Assembly: GCA_964500835.1 (NCBI GenBank)
Contig: CAZCQL010000003.1
Span: 41,534 to 105,533, forward strand
Direction of reading: 5' to 3'
DNA from: an uncultured Bacteroides sp.
GTDB taxonomy: Bacteria > Bacteroidota > Bacteroidia > Bacteroidales > GCA-2748055
Length of the DNA stretch: 64,000 nucleotides
Positions 11,276 through 22,400 of this stretch are shown piece by piece (the first letter of the stretch is position 1; every line of letters starts with the position of its first letter). The notes under the pieces are model-generated. The model was given only the letters and a program-made list of their open reading frames with translations, was not told the DNA's origin and did not search any database. The translations under genes were made by a program, and so were the position numbers.

Positions 11276-12471
11276 ACCTGCGTTTTGAAAAACTCGCTTA
11301 ACCGGGTTGAAAGGCCAAAGGTATCAAAATTATGGGTAATCAATTGTCGGGCTCTGGCTGCCTGGCGGCTGGCTTCGGCTTCATTATTCAGCAACTTTAC
11401 CAATCGATCTTTAAATAATATGGGATCATCCGCCACCATCACCTGGGTCTTATCATTGGCCGGAATCCCTTCAATTCCCACCGAAGTTGTTACCACGGGC
11501 CGCCCCAGGGCCATTGCCTCTAATATTTTAATACGTATTCCGCTTCCAGATAGAAGAGGCGCCACCATCACCCGATAGGATTGCATAAACAACCGGGCGT
11601 CAGTTACCTCTCCGTGATATACGATATTCTTGTGACTGAGCTTCTTCACAAAATGAGAAGGTGCATTTCTGCCTGCTATATGAAACCTGAGTTGAGGTGT
11701 CTCCTGGATCAGTTTACCAAATACTTCATCCAGAAACCAGGTGAGTCCTTCCTGATTCGGAAGCCAGTCAAGAGCCCCAATAAAAAAGATAGTTGGTTCA
11801 GGTGGAAATGGAGTGATGGTATAATCTTCCAGAGATAAACCTGTAGGCAGGGTGAGAACCGGGCCTGCATATCCTCTCCCGGCGAAGTAAGTTTCGTCGG
11901 TGGGACTGATGGTGACCAGGATGTCCGACTCGTGGACCACCTGCAGTTCAAATGCCTCCAATCGTAAAGCCATGTTTCTCAAATACAGCCGTTTAAGATA
12001 TGATTTTTCGTTCGCAGCTTTCCTTTTCCAGATAAGATGTTCCACATTGTGTGCCCGAAGGGATATGGGGGCTTTGCTGTATTTTCGAATCTCCTTAATA
12101 TAATGTCCGGGGTATGGACCCTCTAATTGAATGAGGTCAAATGACTCATGCCTGAGTAGGCTAATGAGTTTGTCTCTGTACGTTTTAAGGATAAATCTTT
12201 CTGCAATATATGGCTTGTCCGAGAATACAAGGTTGCGGAGTAAATGAAGTGGTTTAACGGAACTATCGCAATCGACCCCGATAAACCGGATGGTAGTGCT
12301 CAGGTCGGAGGGAATCTCGTTTACAGGAAATGCGTGCTTAATGGTATTTAGTGCGAGACATGTGACCGCGTTGCCAGTATCCCTCATCCCGGTAATCATA
12401 TTTAAGGTGGCAATTGAACCACCGTCCCGGGGCGGATAGGGCAATTTGTTGGTCAGAATCAATAGCTTCAT
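11272..12471 (-). CDS. Family-4 (GT-B) glycosyltransferase
   Basis: 399 aa with GGSIATLNM near the N-terminus and the C-terminal GT1/GT4 motif SGIRIKILEAMALGRPVVTT. Confidence 0.85.
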   Translation of the reverse strand: MKLLILTNKLPYPPRDGGSIATLNMITGMRDTGNAVTCLALNTIKHAFPVNEIPSDLSTTIRFIGVDCDSSVKPLHLLRNLVFSDKPYIAERFILKTYRDKLISLLRHESFDLIQLEGPYPGHYIKEIRKYSKAPISLRAHNVEHLIWKRKAANEKSYLKRLYLRNMALRLEAFELQVVHESDILVTISPTDETYFAGRGYAGPVLTLPTGLSLEDYTITPFPPEPTIFFIGALDWLPNQEGLTWFLDEVFGKLIQETPQLRFHIAGRNAPSHFVKKLSHKNIVYHGEVTDARLFMQSYRVMVAPLLSGSGIRIKILEAMALGRPVVTTSVGIEGIPANDKTQVMVADDPILFKDRLVKLLNNEAEASRQAARARQLITHNFDTFGLSTRLSEFFKTQV

Positions 12472-13961
12472 CTGATCCTGAGAAATTTTCGTACCCCCTT
12501 ATTCAGTTTTTTAAACCAGAGGAAATAGGTCTCAATGTTCATGATAACCGAATCGTTTGCTGCTTTATAAGTGAGCCATATGCTAACAGGCACGAGAATT
12601 ATAGTGGAGATCCACATGCCCACGAATGGAGGAAGGATGCTCTCACGCACGAATTTCTCACCTGTCATAGAGATGATGTAATAGACGAGGAACAACAGGA
12701 CACTGACAATGACTGGCATTCCCAACCCTCCTTTCCGTATAATGGCTCCCAGCGGAGCACCTGTGAAAAAGAAGATAAGGCATAGGAGGGAAAGGGAATA
12801 TTTGCGTTGTATCTCAATCTGGTATCTTCTTAATCGTGCCCATTTCCAATCGGCTGTACCCACATTAGAGGTGGCCACTGATTTGTTGGATCGGGCGAAA
12901 TTAATAGCCAGGGTGAGGGCACGCCTCCTTTCAAGTTTGTTCAGCTCTGCCCACGCAGAATCTACCTGGACCTTCTGGATCCGGAGGTCCTCAGGTTTAA
13001 TCTTTTTCCGGACCGAATCGGCCAGAAGGGCATCCCTTCTAATTAATAAGCCTTTTGGTTTGCTGAGAAGACTCCTGTCGATGGTGTTCTCAAATTTATC
13101 AAGAATCATTTCGATTTCTTCGCTGAGAGAATCGTCAAAATGATGTAACTGGGACAAGTTTAACATGGAGTAGGAGTTACGAAAAAGCTTTTCGTCGGTT
13201 CTGTTTAGCCCGAATCCCGTCATTTCGATGATCATTTCCTGCTGTTCAAAATGATCCCTCCTGAGTGGATAACTTTTTATTTGCCTGTTTTCAGTCTTTT
13301 GCTTTTGGAGCTCAAAATAGGAGCGGCCGTTATAAAGAGTCAGAAGCAGGTGCTTCTCATCCTCGGACATTTTCATGTATCCCGAATCAGCTACTGTTAC
13401 CCGTACATTCCCCTGTTTTTCTGTATGGTCGAATATCAGAATATCCCTTAGAAGGCTGGTTTTGTTATCCCTGGCTCCTATGCGAATGGAATAGCCTTCC
13501 AGAGTATTGTCGAATACACCCGGTTTGATAGTCAGTTCGGGACGCTGTTGCTGGATGTCATAGAGCAGTGATCGCATCTTAAGGTTAGTTACGGGCATGA
13601 CATTATTGGAAAAAAAGAATGCTCCAACGGATATACCTGCCGAAATGATCATGACCGGAGCCATGATCCGGAACAGGGAAACCCCTGATGATTTTAATGC
13701 CAGCAGCTCAAGATTTTCGGCCAAATTTCCGAAAGTCATCAGACTGGCCAGCAAGACAGCCAATGGCATGGCCAGAGGAACAAGACTTGCACTTGTATAG
13801 ACGAGGAATTCCGCTATAATATTAAACTCCAGTCCTTTCCCAATCAAATCGTCGATGTATTTCCACAGAAATTGCATCAGAAGCACAAAAATGACGAAGA
13901 AGAAAGTCAGGATAAGCGGACCAACAAATGACTTTATGATCAGAAGATGAAGCTTTTTCAC
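12468..13961 (-). CDS. LptF/LptG-family (YjgP/YjgQ) LPS export permease
   Basis: 497 aa. Three N-terminal and three C-terminal TM helices flank a large soluble insert. The N-terminus is LIIKSFVGPLILTFFFVIFVLLMQFLW. Confidence 0.8.
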   Translation of the reverse strand: MKKLHLLIIKSFVGPLILTFFFVIFVLLMQFLWKYIDDLIGKGLEFNIIAEFLVYTSASLVPLAMPLAVLLASLMTFGNLAENLELLALKSSGVSLFRIMAPVMIISAGISVGAFFFSNNVMPVTNLKMRSLLYDIQQQRPELTIKPGVFDNTLEGYSIRIGARDNKTSLLRDILIFDHTEKQGNVRVTVADSGYMKMSEDEKHLLLTLYNGRSYFELQKQKTENRQIKSYPLRRDHFEQQEMIIEMTGFGLNRTDEKLFRNSYSMLNLSQLHHFDDSLSEEIEMILDKFENTIDRSLLSKPKGLLIRRDALLADSVRKKIKPEDLRIQKVQVDSAWAELNKLERRRALTLAINFARSNKSVATSNVGTADWKWARLRRYQIEIQRKYSLSLLCLIFFFTGAPLGAIIRKGGLGMPVIVSVLLFLVYYIISMTGEKFVRESILPPFVGMWISTIILVPVSIWLTYKAANDSVIMNIETYFLWFKKLNKGVRKFLRIR

Positions 13962-14112
13962 ACCAGAGCCTGTTCGTATCCAATTATTATTTTATTTGTG
14001 CTCGCTAACTCCGCAGCAGAGCTACGGGGAACCGAATTTACGAGTTCAGCGAAGCTAATGCGCGAGCGGGATTCAACAAAGACAAAGTTAATTTATTTTG
14101 ATAGAGGAACTA

Positions 14113-14490
14113 TTAGAGGCCAATGGCATGTTTTAGTTCGGAAATCTGGCTGTCCCAGAGATCGATGGCATCATCTTTTTCATCTTCCTCGGCAAAATCG
14201 GTGATCAGAAGTGCTACATCGCCCGTCAGTTCGTCGGTATGAATCCTGAACTCAAAAAAGGCATCCTCCTCTGTGTCATCTTCCCAACGAAACCGGATAA
14301 ATTTATTGGATTTCTTCTGGACAATTTCAGCGTCCTGCTCGGTACCTTCCCAAATGAATGTGTACTTCCCTTTTCGGAGGTTCACGTTGTCTGCGAACCA
14401 TTCTGAAAGTCCTTCTGGTGTGCTCAACCTGTTAAAAAGTATACTGGGAGATGTATTCAGCGTATACTCTAGCTCGTATTTTGTCTTCAT
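14113..14490 (-). CDS. START/SRPBCC (AHSA1-like) domain protein
   Basis: 125 aa. YELEYTLNTSPSILFNRLSTPEGLSEWFADNV is typical of small START-like proteins. Confidence 0.7.
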   Translation of the reverse strand: MKTKYELEYTLNTSPSILFNRLSTPEGLSEWFADNVNLRKGKYTFIWEGTEQDAEIVQKKSNKFIRFRWEDDTEEDAFFEFRIHTDELTGDVALLITDFAEEDEKDDAIDLWDSQISELKHAIGL

Positions 14491-14685
14491 GTGCTGAGGG
14501 AATTAATGCATAATTCTGCCTATATGCAATATAAGAAAATTCTACGTATTTCAAAATCCGGCCCACTGGAGCAATGTTCAGGGATTCAAATAAATAGAAT
14601 GAGTAAAAAAAAGCCACTTGGCAGTAAACTTTAATGAAAGTCAGTATATTTACGGTTTTCCAATTTTAGAAAACTAACAAATACT

Positions 14686-16125
14686 ATGAGCACAAAGAGT
14701 GAGTACAACAAAAGTGTCGTCATTGTGATCGCCAGCATCGCGGCCACAGGTGGTCTCCTTTTTGGGTTTGATACAGGAGTAATTTCCGGTGCGATCCCAT
14801 TTTTGCAGGATTATTTTGAATTAACAGATTCACAGGTTGAAAATGTCACAGCACTGGGTCTTATTGGTGCTGTTGTTGGAGCTTTGTTTACAGGTAGAAT
14901 TACAGATTACCTGGGACGAAAGAAAGTGATACTTGCATCTGCATTTATTTTTGGAACAGGAGCCATTTGGACTGGTTTTGCACCCACTGTAACGCAGCTG
15001 ATGATTTCTCGTTTTTATCTTGGACTGGCCATTGGTGTTTCCTCGTTTGCTGTTCCCTTGTATATCTCTGAGATCGCTCCAACAAAAATTAGGGGTACGC
15101 TGGTATCCATGTTCCAATTGTTGATTACAGTGGGAATTCTTGCTGCCTACCTCAGTGACAATGCTTTTGCTGACAACAGCAACCTGGAGTGCTGGCGCCC
15201 CATGTTGTATGTGGGAGTAATTCCTGCGCTTGTGCTGTTTATAGGAATGTTCTTCCTCCCTGAAACACCCCGGTGGCTGATGAGTAAAGGACGCGAAGAG
15301 GAGGGTGAGAAAGTGTTGCGAAGAATTGAAGATCCATCCCTGATCGACGATTCCATGTCGGCCATGAGGCGTGATCTTGCCATCGATGCAAGCCAGGCCG
15401 GCTGGAGAGAGATCTTTAAACCATGGCTGAGAAATGCACTGATTATCGCCATGGGAATTATGTTCTTCCAACAATTTGTGGGGATTAATACGGTCATCTA
15501 TTACAGTCCGAAAATCTTCCTGGCTGCAGGATTTGAGGGTGCGGAAGCTGCCATTGCTGCCTCCGTGATTGTGGGAGCTGTGAATGTGTTTTTCACCATT
15601 ATTTCATTATTTGTTATTGACAGACTGGGCAGAAGGAAACTCTATTTCATTGGCTTATCGGGCATCGCCGTGGCTCTGGTATGTATGGGTCTTGGTTTCA
15701 TGCTCCCTGGAGTCACAAAATGGTTCCTGGTTATCTCCATGTTGGTTTACATCGCATTCTTTGCCATCAGTCTCGGACCATTGGGCTGGTTGATTATTAC
15801 CGAAGTTTTCCCAACAAATGTCCGGGGATTGGGAGCCTCCATTGGCTCATTGTCAAACTGGGGCTTTAATACACTGGTTGTTTGGACATTCTATAAAATG
15901 GCAAGTGCCATTGGGAGTGCAAAAGATGTGGTAGTTCCGGAAGGGAAGGATCTTTCGGATATTTGCCCGGGTTGTGTGGGAAGTGTATTCTGGATCTTTG
16001 CGGCGGTTGCGCTGATTGGAATTGTATGGGGCTATTTCTTTATCCCGGAAACCAAGGGCGTTTCACTTGAGAAAATCGAGGAGCACTGGAGGCAGGGTAA
16101 AAAACCCAGAAAACTGAATAAGTAA
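14686..16125 (+). CDS. MFS sugar porter (sugar:H+ symporter)
   Basis: 479 aa and 12 TM helices. Carries GRITDYLGRKK, PETPRWL, VIDRLGRRK and PETKGVSLEKIE. Confidence 0.9.
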   Translation: MSTKSEYNKSVVIVIASIAATGGLLFGFDTGVISGAIPFLQDYFELTDSQVENVTALGLIGAVVGALFTGRITDYLGRKKVILASAFIFGTGAIWTGFAPTVTQLMISRFYLGLAIGVSSFAVPLYISEIAPTKIRGTLVSMFQLLITVGILAAYLSDNAFADNSNLECWRPMLYVGVIPALVLFIGMFFLPETPRWLMSKGREEEGEKVLRRIEDPSLIDDSMSAMRRDLAIDASQAGWREIFKPWLRNALIIAMGIMFFQQFVGINTVIYYSPKIFLAAGFEGAEAAIAASVIVGAVNVFFTIISLFVIDRLGRRKLYFIGLSGIAVALVCMGLGFMLPGVTKWFLVISMLVYIAFFAISLGPLGWLIITEVFPTNVRGLGASIGSLSNWGFNTLVVWTFYKMASAIGSAKDVVVPEGKDLSDICPGCVGSVFWIFAAVALIGIVWGYFFIPETKGVSLEKIEEHWRQGKKPRKLNK

Positions 16126-16137
16126 GCTTATTCAAAG

Positions 16138-16175
16138 AATCCGGTCAATCTTGCACCGGGATTTGTTATTGTTAT
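16138..16175 (+). terminator. Candidate terminator after the sugar porter
   Basis: aatccgg-tcaatcttgca-ccgggatt (one bulged G) is followed by tgttattgtt. Confidence 0.45.
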
Positions 16176-16407
16176 AAATGCGCAGATTATTGTAAACACA
16201 GCTGAACTTTGGGCTGTGCACAATCTGGGACTGCTTCTAACTATAACTTTTCGCCCGGGCCTTTTAATCTGGCTGATTTCACTCATCTCCCGGTTCAGTT
16301 TCTTCGATCAAGTTACATAAATCCCCCCTTATTAAGTTGTTAAATAAAAGATTATAGACTAACTTCGATTTATATAATAACTAGCAGTCATAAAATACAA
16401 CTAAGTT

Positions 16408-17040
16408 ATGGGAATTGTGGAAAGGAAGGAGAGGGAAAAAATTCAGCGCCGGGAAGAGATCGTGCAGGCCGCGGAAAGAGTATTTTTTTCTAATGGCTTT
16501 GATAAGGCCACCATGGATGATATCGCTGAGGGGGCCGAATTGAGTAAAGGAACACTTTATCTCTATTTTAAAAGCAAAGAGGATTTGCACATGGCGGTTG
16601 CCCGAAAAGCAATCATCCTGTTAAACTCCGTCACCGATATGGTCAGGAAAAATTCCGGAAGTGCCATAGAAAAGCTACTACATATGGGGAGGGCATGCAT
16701 TGATTTTTCCAACACTCACCCCGATCACATGAAGGCCATCATGTTTCTTGAAGGATATGAACTGCAGAGCATCAGTTACAGTGTGGAGGAAATGAAAAAT
16801 ATGATCTTTAAAGAATCACCGGTGGGTATGGTGATCCGGATTGTGGAACAGGGAGTGAGCGAAAAACTGATCAGGGAAGACATTCCTCCCATGTTAATTG
16901 CACATACCCTTTGGATGCAAATCCTGAGTGTCATCCGGTTTGTGATGATGAAAAAATCTCTTCTGGAAATGCTTGACCTTTCACCTTCGCAGGTGTATGA
17001 GAGTCATTTTGAGCTTGTATTAAATGGTATACGGTCATGA
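16408..17040 (+). CDS. TetR/AcrR-family transcriptional regulator
   Basis: N-terminal HTH FDKATMDDIAEGAELSKGTLYLYFKSKEDL. Its stop overlaps the next gene (ATGA). Confidence 0.9.
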   Translation: MGIVERKEREKIQRREEIVQAAERVFFSNGFDKATMDDIAEGAELSKGTLYLYFKSKEDLHMAVARKAIILLNSVTDMVRKNSGSAIEKLLHMGRACIDFSNTHPDHMKAIMFLEGYELQSISYSVEEMKNMIFKESPVGMVIRIVEQGVSEKLIREDIPPMLIAHTLWMQILSVIRFVMMKKSLLEMLDLSPSQVYESHFELVLNGIRS

Positions 17041-18395
17041 GACGATGCAGCTTCATGGTAGTTTTTAGCATTATTGCCGGTAGTTCATTTGCGCAAAATC
17101 GTGCCCTGGATGAATACATCAGGCTGGGCTTACAATCAAACCAGGCACTGAAGCAGAAACAACTGGACTATGCCAGCAGTCTTTCAGCTTTGAAGGGTGC
17201 CAGGGGTTTATTCATGCCGGAGGTCAGCGTGAATGCGAGATATACAGTGGCGAAGGGAGGGAGGACCATCGATTTTCCGGTGGGAGATCTACTGAACCCT
17301 GTGTACTCTACCCTGAATGTCCTGACTGCTTCCGATATATTTCCAACCATCGAGAATGAGGCATTTCCATTTTTGCGACCCAGGGAGCATGAGACGAAGG
17401 TATCTCTTGTTCAACCCATCTTCAGTTCGGAAATAATTTACAATTACAGGATACAGAAGCAGTATTCCGAGATTTCCATGGTGGATGTGGATCGGTACAA
17501 AAAGGAGCTGATAAAGGAGATAACCAAAGCCTATTATAATTACCAGAAGGCATTCAACCTGGTGGGTCTGGCAGATACCACTTATTTGCTTGTGAAAGAA
17601 AATATGAGGGTCAGCCAGAAGCTTTTGGACAATGACAAAGTGACCATCGATGCAGTTTACAGGTCAGATGCTGAGCTTGGCAAAGTGGAGGTTCAGCGAG
17701 CCCGGGCCGTCAATATGCTGGAGGCTTCCAGCGCCTATTTTAATTTCCTGTTAAACCGGCCACTGGATTTGTTCATCGAATTAATCGATGAACCCGCGGT
17801 TCCGGTCAGCATATCCCTTGAAGAAGCCAGCTTGCTGGCGCTTCAGAACAGAGATGAGCTGCATCAGATCGATCAATACCGCCAACTCAACCGCCACGTA
17901 ACCCATCTTCAACAGGGGAAAATTATGCCGGGACTGTTCGGTGTGGTGGATTATGGATTTCAGGGGAGTGAGTACAGGTTTACCGGTGAGGATGATTTTA
18001 TGCTTGCATCACTGGTTTTACACTGGACACTTTTTAATGGATCTGCCAATCATCAAAAAGTCCAGCAGTCCAAAATTGAGGCTAAAAAGTTGAATGAACT
18101 CTATGAAGAGACTCAGCAACAGATCAGGCTTGAGGTAATTAATCACTACTATGCCTTACAGACTGCCTATCAATCTGTTCGGTCGGCACTCAAACAGACC
18201 CGTTCGGCCACCAGGGCTTACGAATTAATCTCCCGGAAGTACAGCGAGGGTCAGTCGTCATTGCTGGAGTTGATTGATGCCAGAACCAGCCTTACCGGCG
18301 CTGCAGCCAACACAATTATCGCCAAAAGCGATTACTTCAGTCACCTTGCTGACTTTACTTATTCCATCGGGGAAAATATCCATGCAAACCAATAA
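17037..18395 (+). CDS. TolC-family outer-membrane efflux protein
   Basis: 452 aa with a signal peptide and a two-repeat coiled-coil OEP architecture. It is the first gene after TetR in the efflux operon. Confidence 0.85.
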   Translation: MRRCSFMVVFSIIAGSSFAQNRALDEYIRLGLQSNQALKQKQLDYASSLSALKGARGLFMPEVSVNARYTVAKGGRTIDFPVGDLLNPVYSTLNVLTASDIFPTIENEAFPFLRPREHETKVSLVQPIFSSEIIYNYRIQKQYSEISMVDVDRYKKELIKEITKAYYNYQKAFNLVGLADTTYLLVKENMRVSQKLLDNDKVTIDAVYRSDAELGKVEVQRARAVNMLEASSAYFNFLLNRPLDLFIELIDEPAVPVSISLEEASLLALQNRDELHQIDQYRQLNRHVTHLQQGKIMPGLFGVVDYGFQGSEYRFTGEDDFMLASLVLHWTLFNGSANHQKVQQSKIEAKKLNELYEETQQQIRLEVINHYYALQTAYQSVRSALKQTRSATRAYELISRKYSEGQSSLLELIDARTSLTGAAANTIIAKSDYFSHLADFTYSIGENIHANQ

Positions 18396-18404
18396 ATCCA
18401 TCCA

Positions 18405-19472
18405 ATGAAACATCATCGGGCAGGATCTGCCATTATCCGGATTGCCATCATCTGGATTGTCATTTTCGGTTGCAAACCGGAAGTGCAAAAAACTCCGGTT
18501 GGGAATAGGATCATTTACATCAAAGCCCGGCCTGTGGAGTATGCGGAGTTTAAAATACCAGTGAAGGCAACTGGCCTGCTTACTGCTACTACCCAGGCAA
18601 AGTTGAGTTTTAAGACCGGCGGAATAATAAAGCAACTTACTACCCGGGAGGGTGAATCCGTACAGAAGGATGAGGTACTGGCGGTTCTGGACCTCTCTGA
18701 AATAAAAGCCAATGTGAACCAGGCACAAATTGGTTATGAGAAAGCCAAAAGGGACTTGGGCAGGGCAGAGAACCTGCACCGTGATAGTGTAGCCACCCTG
18801 GAGCAATTGCAAAATGCACGATCTGCCTTCGAGCTGTCGGTTGCCCAAAAGCAAATTGCTGAATTCAACCTGTTGCATTCCCGCATAAAAGCACCATCGG
18901 ATGGGCAGATTCAAAAAGTTCTTGTGGAATCCAATGAAATGATTGCCCCGGGCTATCCGGCCTTGCTGTTTGCCTCCGATGAAAGTGACTGGGTGGTCCG
19001 TTGTGCTTTAACGGATAAGGACATTGTGAAGTTAACCATGGGAGACTCAGCCAATGTGGCCATGGATGCATTTCCGGGTAACCTGTTTAAGGCAGAAATT
19101 ACGGAATTGGGGTCCGTGGCCGATCCTGTAACCGGAACCTATGAGGTGGAATTACTGATCCTCCGGCCTCTGACACAGTTCAGGACCGGTTTTTTTTCAA
19201 GAGTAGAGATTTATCCATCTGAAATAAGAAGGTCACTTGTAGTTCCGATTGAGGCCCTGCTCGAGGCAAGTGATAAGTCTGCTGTAATTTTCCTCTATAA
19301 GAATAGAAAGGTTGTTAAACGACGGATCACATCGGGTACGATCCTGGACGATCGAGTGGAGATAGTGGAAGGCCTTAAAGAGGGAGAACTTGTAATTACA
19401 GAAGGAGCAAAATATGTGAGTGAGAGCTCGGAGGTACGCCTTGTAAACGAAACTGATACTCCAACTCCATGA
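18405..19472 (+). CDS. RND efflux periplasmic adaptor (MFP/HlyD family) lipoprotein
   Basis: Lipobox IVIFGC. Lipoyl-like and beta-barrel segments are present (IKAPSDGQIQKV). Confidence 0.85.
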   Translation: MKHHRAGSAIIRIAIIWIVIFGCKPEVQKTPVGNRIIYIKARPVEYAEFKIPVKATGLLTATTQAKLSFKTGGIIKQLTTREGESVQKDEVLAVLDLSEIKANVNQAQIGYEKAKRDLGRAENLHRDSVATLEQLQNARSAFELSVAQKQIAEFNLLHSRIKAPSDGQIQKVLVESNEMIAPGYPALLFASDESDWVVRCALTDKDIVKLTMGDSANVAMDAFPGNLFKAEITELGSVADPVTGTYEVELLILRPLTQFRTGFFSRVEIYPSEIRRSLVVPIEALLEASDKSAVIFLYKNRKVVKRRITSGTILDDRVEIVEGLKEGELVITEGAKYVSESSEVRLVNETDTPTP

Positions 19473-22400
19473 GATTGCCAGGACTTGCTATCGATAATGG
19501 TTCATTTACCTGGATGGTCTTTATATTTCTGACCATCATTGGGATTCGAGCGCTTGTCATTATGCCGAGAACTGAAAATCCCGAGGTAAGTGTTCCGGGA
19601 TCCACCATCGTTGTGTTGATGCCAGGTGCCAGCCCGGCAGATATGGAAAAAATGGTGGCCCTCCCGGTAGAGGAAGCTTTAAGTGAACTGGACGACATTG
19701 TCAAGATCGTTTCAGATGCAAGGGACGGATTTGCAGTCGTTTCTGTGGAATTCGATTTCAATTCGGACAGGGATGAGAAGTATAATGAGGTGTCGCAGCA
19801 AATGAATGCTATCCGAAGTACACTTCCCGGGGAAATCTCACAACTGGATATGTGGCAATGGTCCATTGCCGATATGGCGATGATGCAACTGGCGCTTATT
19901 TCAGAAACTGCACCTTACTCGGAGATGGCGGATCTCGCAGAGGAGTTGAGCAAGCAGATTAAAATGCTACCTGAGATCAGGGAGGTTTCCCTTTACGGAT
20001 TGCCAGGTGAAGAAATACATGTGAATTTGGATTTTGAGAAGATGGCCATGGTGAATACAACCATTGAACATATTTCAAGAGCCATTGAGAGCAATAATGT
20101 GAACATTCCCGGGGGGGAAATAGAACTGGGACCAACCAGCCTGAGTGTAAAATCATCGGGGTCATTCCAGGACCTTGATGAAATCAGGAATTGTGTGGTA
20201 AACTCCTACCAGGGGAGACTAATCTATCTCAGAGATATTGCAGAGGTTAAATTTGGTTATGAGAAACAGAATTACATCACCCGCTTCGGTGGCAAGATGA
20301 CTGATGATGCCGAAGGAGGGGGACATCGCGCCATATTCATGGGGATCAGTCAGAAGCCAGGTTTAAATGTCATTCAGACCTCCAGAGAGCTGTTGCCGGT
20401 CATTGAAGCCTTCAAAGAAGAACTGCCCACAGGGATGTCCATGGAAGTTATTTATGATCAGCCTTCTACGGTGAGTAAACGGATCACAGGATTCCTTAAC
20501 AACCTTTTGCAGGGTATTCTCCTGGTAGGGATACTCATCTTTCTTTCCCTTGGATTTCGTTCAGCTGCCGTTGTGGTAATTGCCATTCCACTTTCTCTTA
20601 TCATCGGATTAGGCTTTATGGACCTTTCCGGCATTGGATTGCAACAAATCTCCATAGGAGGATTGGTTGTGGCGTTGGGTATGTTGGTGGATAACTCCAT
20701 TGTGATGGTGGAAAATATTAATCGATTTATTCAGATGGGGCATTCCAGAAAGGAGGCCTCTATCCTGGCTGCTTCTGAAATAGGATGGCCGGTGATCACC
20801 GCAACACTGACCACCATCCTTGCTTTTGTGCCTCTCGCCGCAATGCCTTATATGACCGGGGCATTTATTAAATCGCTGCCTGTTACCATAATGATTACCC
20901 TTACTGTCTCGTTGCTCATCGCACTCACATTCACACCGGTCATTACAAGTAACCTATTTAAGGACCATGCAAAAGAGCCGGAGAAAATCAGGGGTGCTCG
21001 TTGGATATTAAGGTGGATCATTGAAAATCCTTTCAGGATCAGCCTTCGCTGGGCGCTCGGAAGACCCGTGCCTGCCCTGATGATTGCGTTTATCTTTTTG
21101 CTTGGATCCCTGTGGATGTTCCGGTATGTGGGCATTAGTTTTTTCCCAAAAGCCGAACAGCCGAACCTGTCGATTCAGGCTACACTGCCAGAGAACTCTA
21201 ACCTGGAGCGAACCGACGAGATAGCTCAGTACGTGGAAGGGGTATTGGATACCATGCCCGAGGTGAAGTTTTATGCCACCAATGTGGGTCACGGGAATCC
21301 CCGGATCTATTACAACGTACTGCCCAAAAGATTCGACATGAAGTATGCCGAAATATATGTGGAACTTACCAGCTATGATCCCGAAATGTTTGAGGAAGTA
21401 CTAACCAGATTAAGAAAAAAATTCGATACTTACCCGGGAGTATTAATAAGGGTAAAGGAATTTGAACAGGGCCCTCCGTTTGATGCGCCAATTCAGGTTT
21501 TCCTGAATGGGGATGACCCGGATGTCTTGCGGGAGATATCTTCGGATGTTGAAAGGTTCATCAGGGACCAGCCTGGTGCGATTAATATTGATAACCAGCT
21601 TATGAAAGCCAATACCGAGCTTCTCTTTGATATTAATAAGGAAAAGGCCAACATGTGGGGGGTTCCGGTCATCGAAATCGACCGGACTATCCGGACGGCA
21701 GTTACGGGGATAGGGATCTCCAAATTCCGTGATTCTTCCGGAGAAGAGTACCAGATTGTAATAAAGATGGCACCGGGCGGCGATTTTAAATTAGGGGACC
21801 TTGACAGGATCTATGTATCTTCCTTGTCTGGCAGACAGATACAGTTGAAACAGTTTGTGGATGTAAAATTCCAACAGGTCCCCAGCTCTATCAGCAGGTA
21901 CGATCTGGAGCGATCGGCTCAGATTCTTGCAGATATTCAAACCGGCTATTCGCTGGATGAGGTCATGCATCCGGTAGAAGAAGAACTTTCAAAGTATTCC
22001 ATGCCACCAGGATACAGTTATCGCATCGGTGGTGAACTGGAAAGCCGCGCGGAATCATTTGGAGGGATGACCAATGCGGTATTGATTGCCGTGATCTCTA
22101 TCTTTTCGGTCCTGGTCCTGCAGTTCAGGTCTTTTAAGCAGCCCTTAATCGTATTTCTTGCCATCCCATTTGCCGTAACCGGGATGATCTGGGCATTGCT
22201 TGCCACAGGCAATACGTTCTCATTTACCGCATTTATTGGACTCACAAGCCTGGTGGGGATCGTGGTAAATAACTCTATTATCCTGGTGGATTACATAAAC
22301 AAACTCCGTGAACGAGGAGAAGCCTTGGATGAAGCGCTGCAGCTGGCTGCTGAAATCCGTCTCACCCCGATTGTACTCACTGCGCTGACTACCATCGGCG

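Noticed and set aside
13998-14068. A cloverleaf-like fold in the intergenic region between the START-domain gene and lptF/G. An outer stem gctcgc/gcgagc encloses three small hairpins.
   Set aside because: Arm and loop sizes do not fit a tRNA on either strand: there is no U33/7-nt anticodon loop, no T-loop and no D-loop motif. The stems are only 3-6 bp. It could be a weak terminator or chance structure, which is not enough to call.
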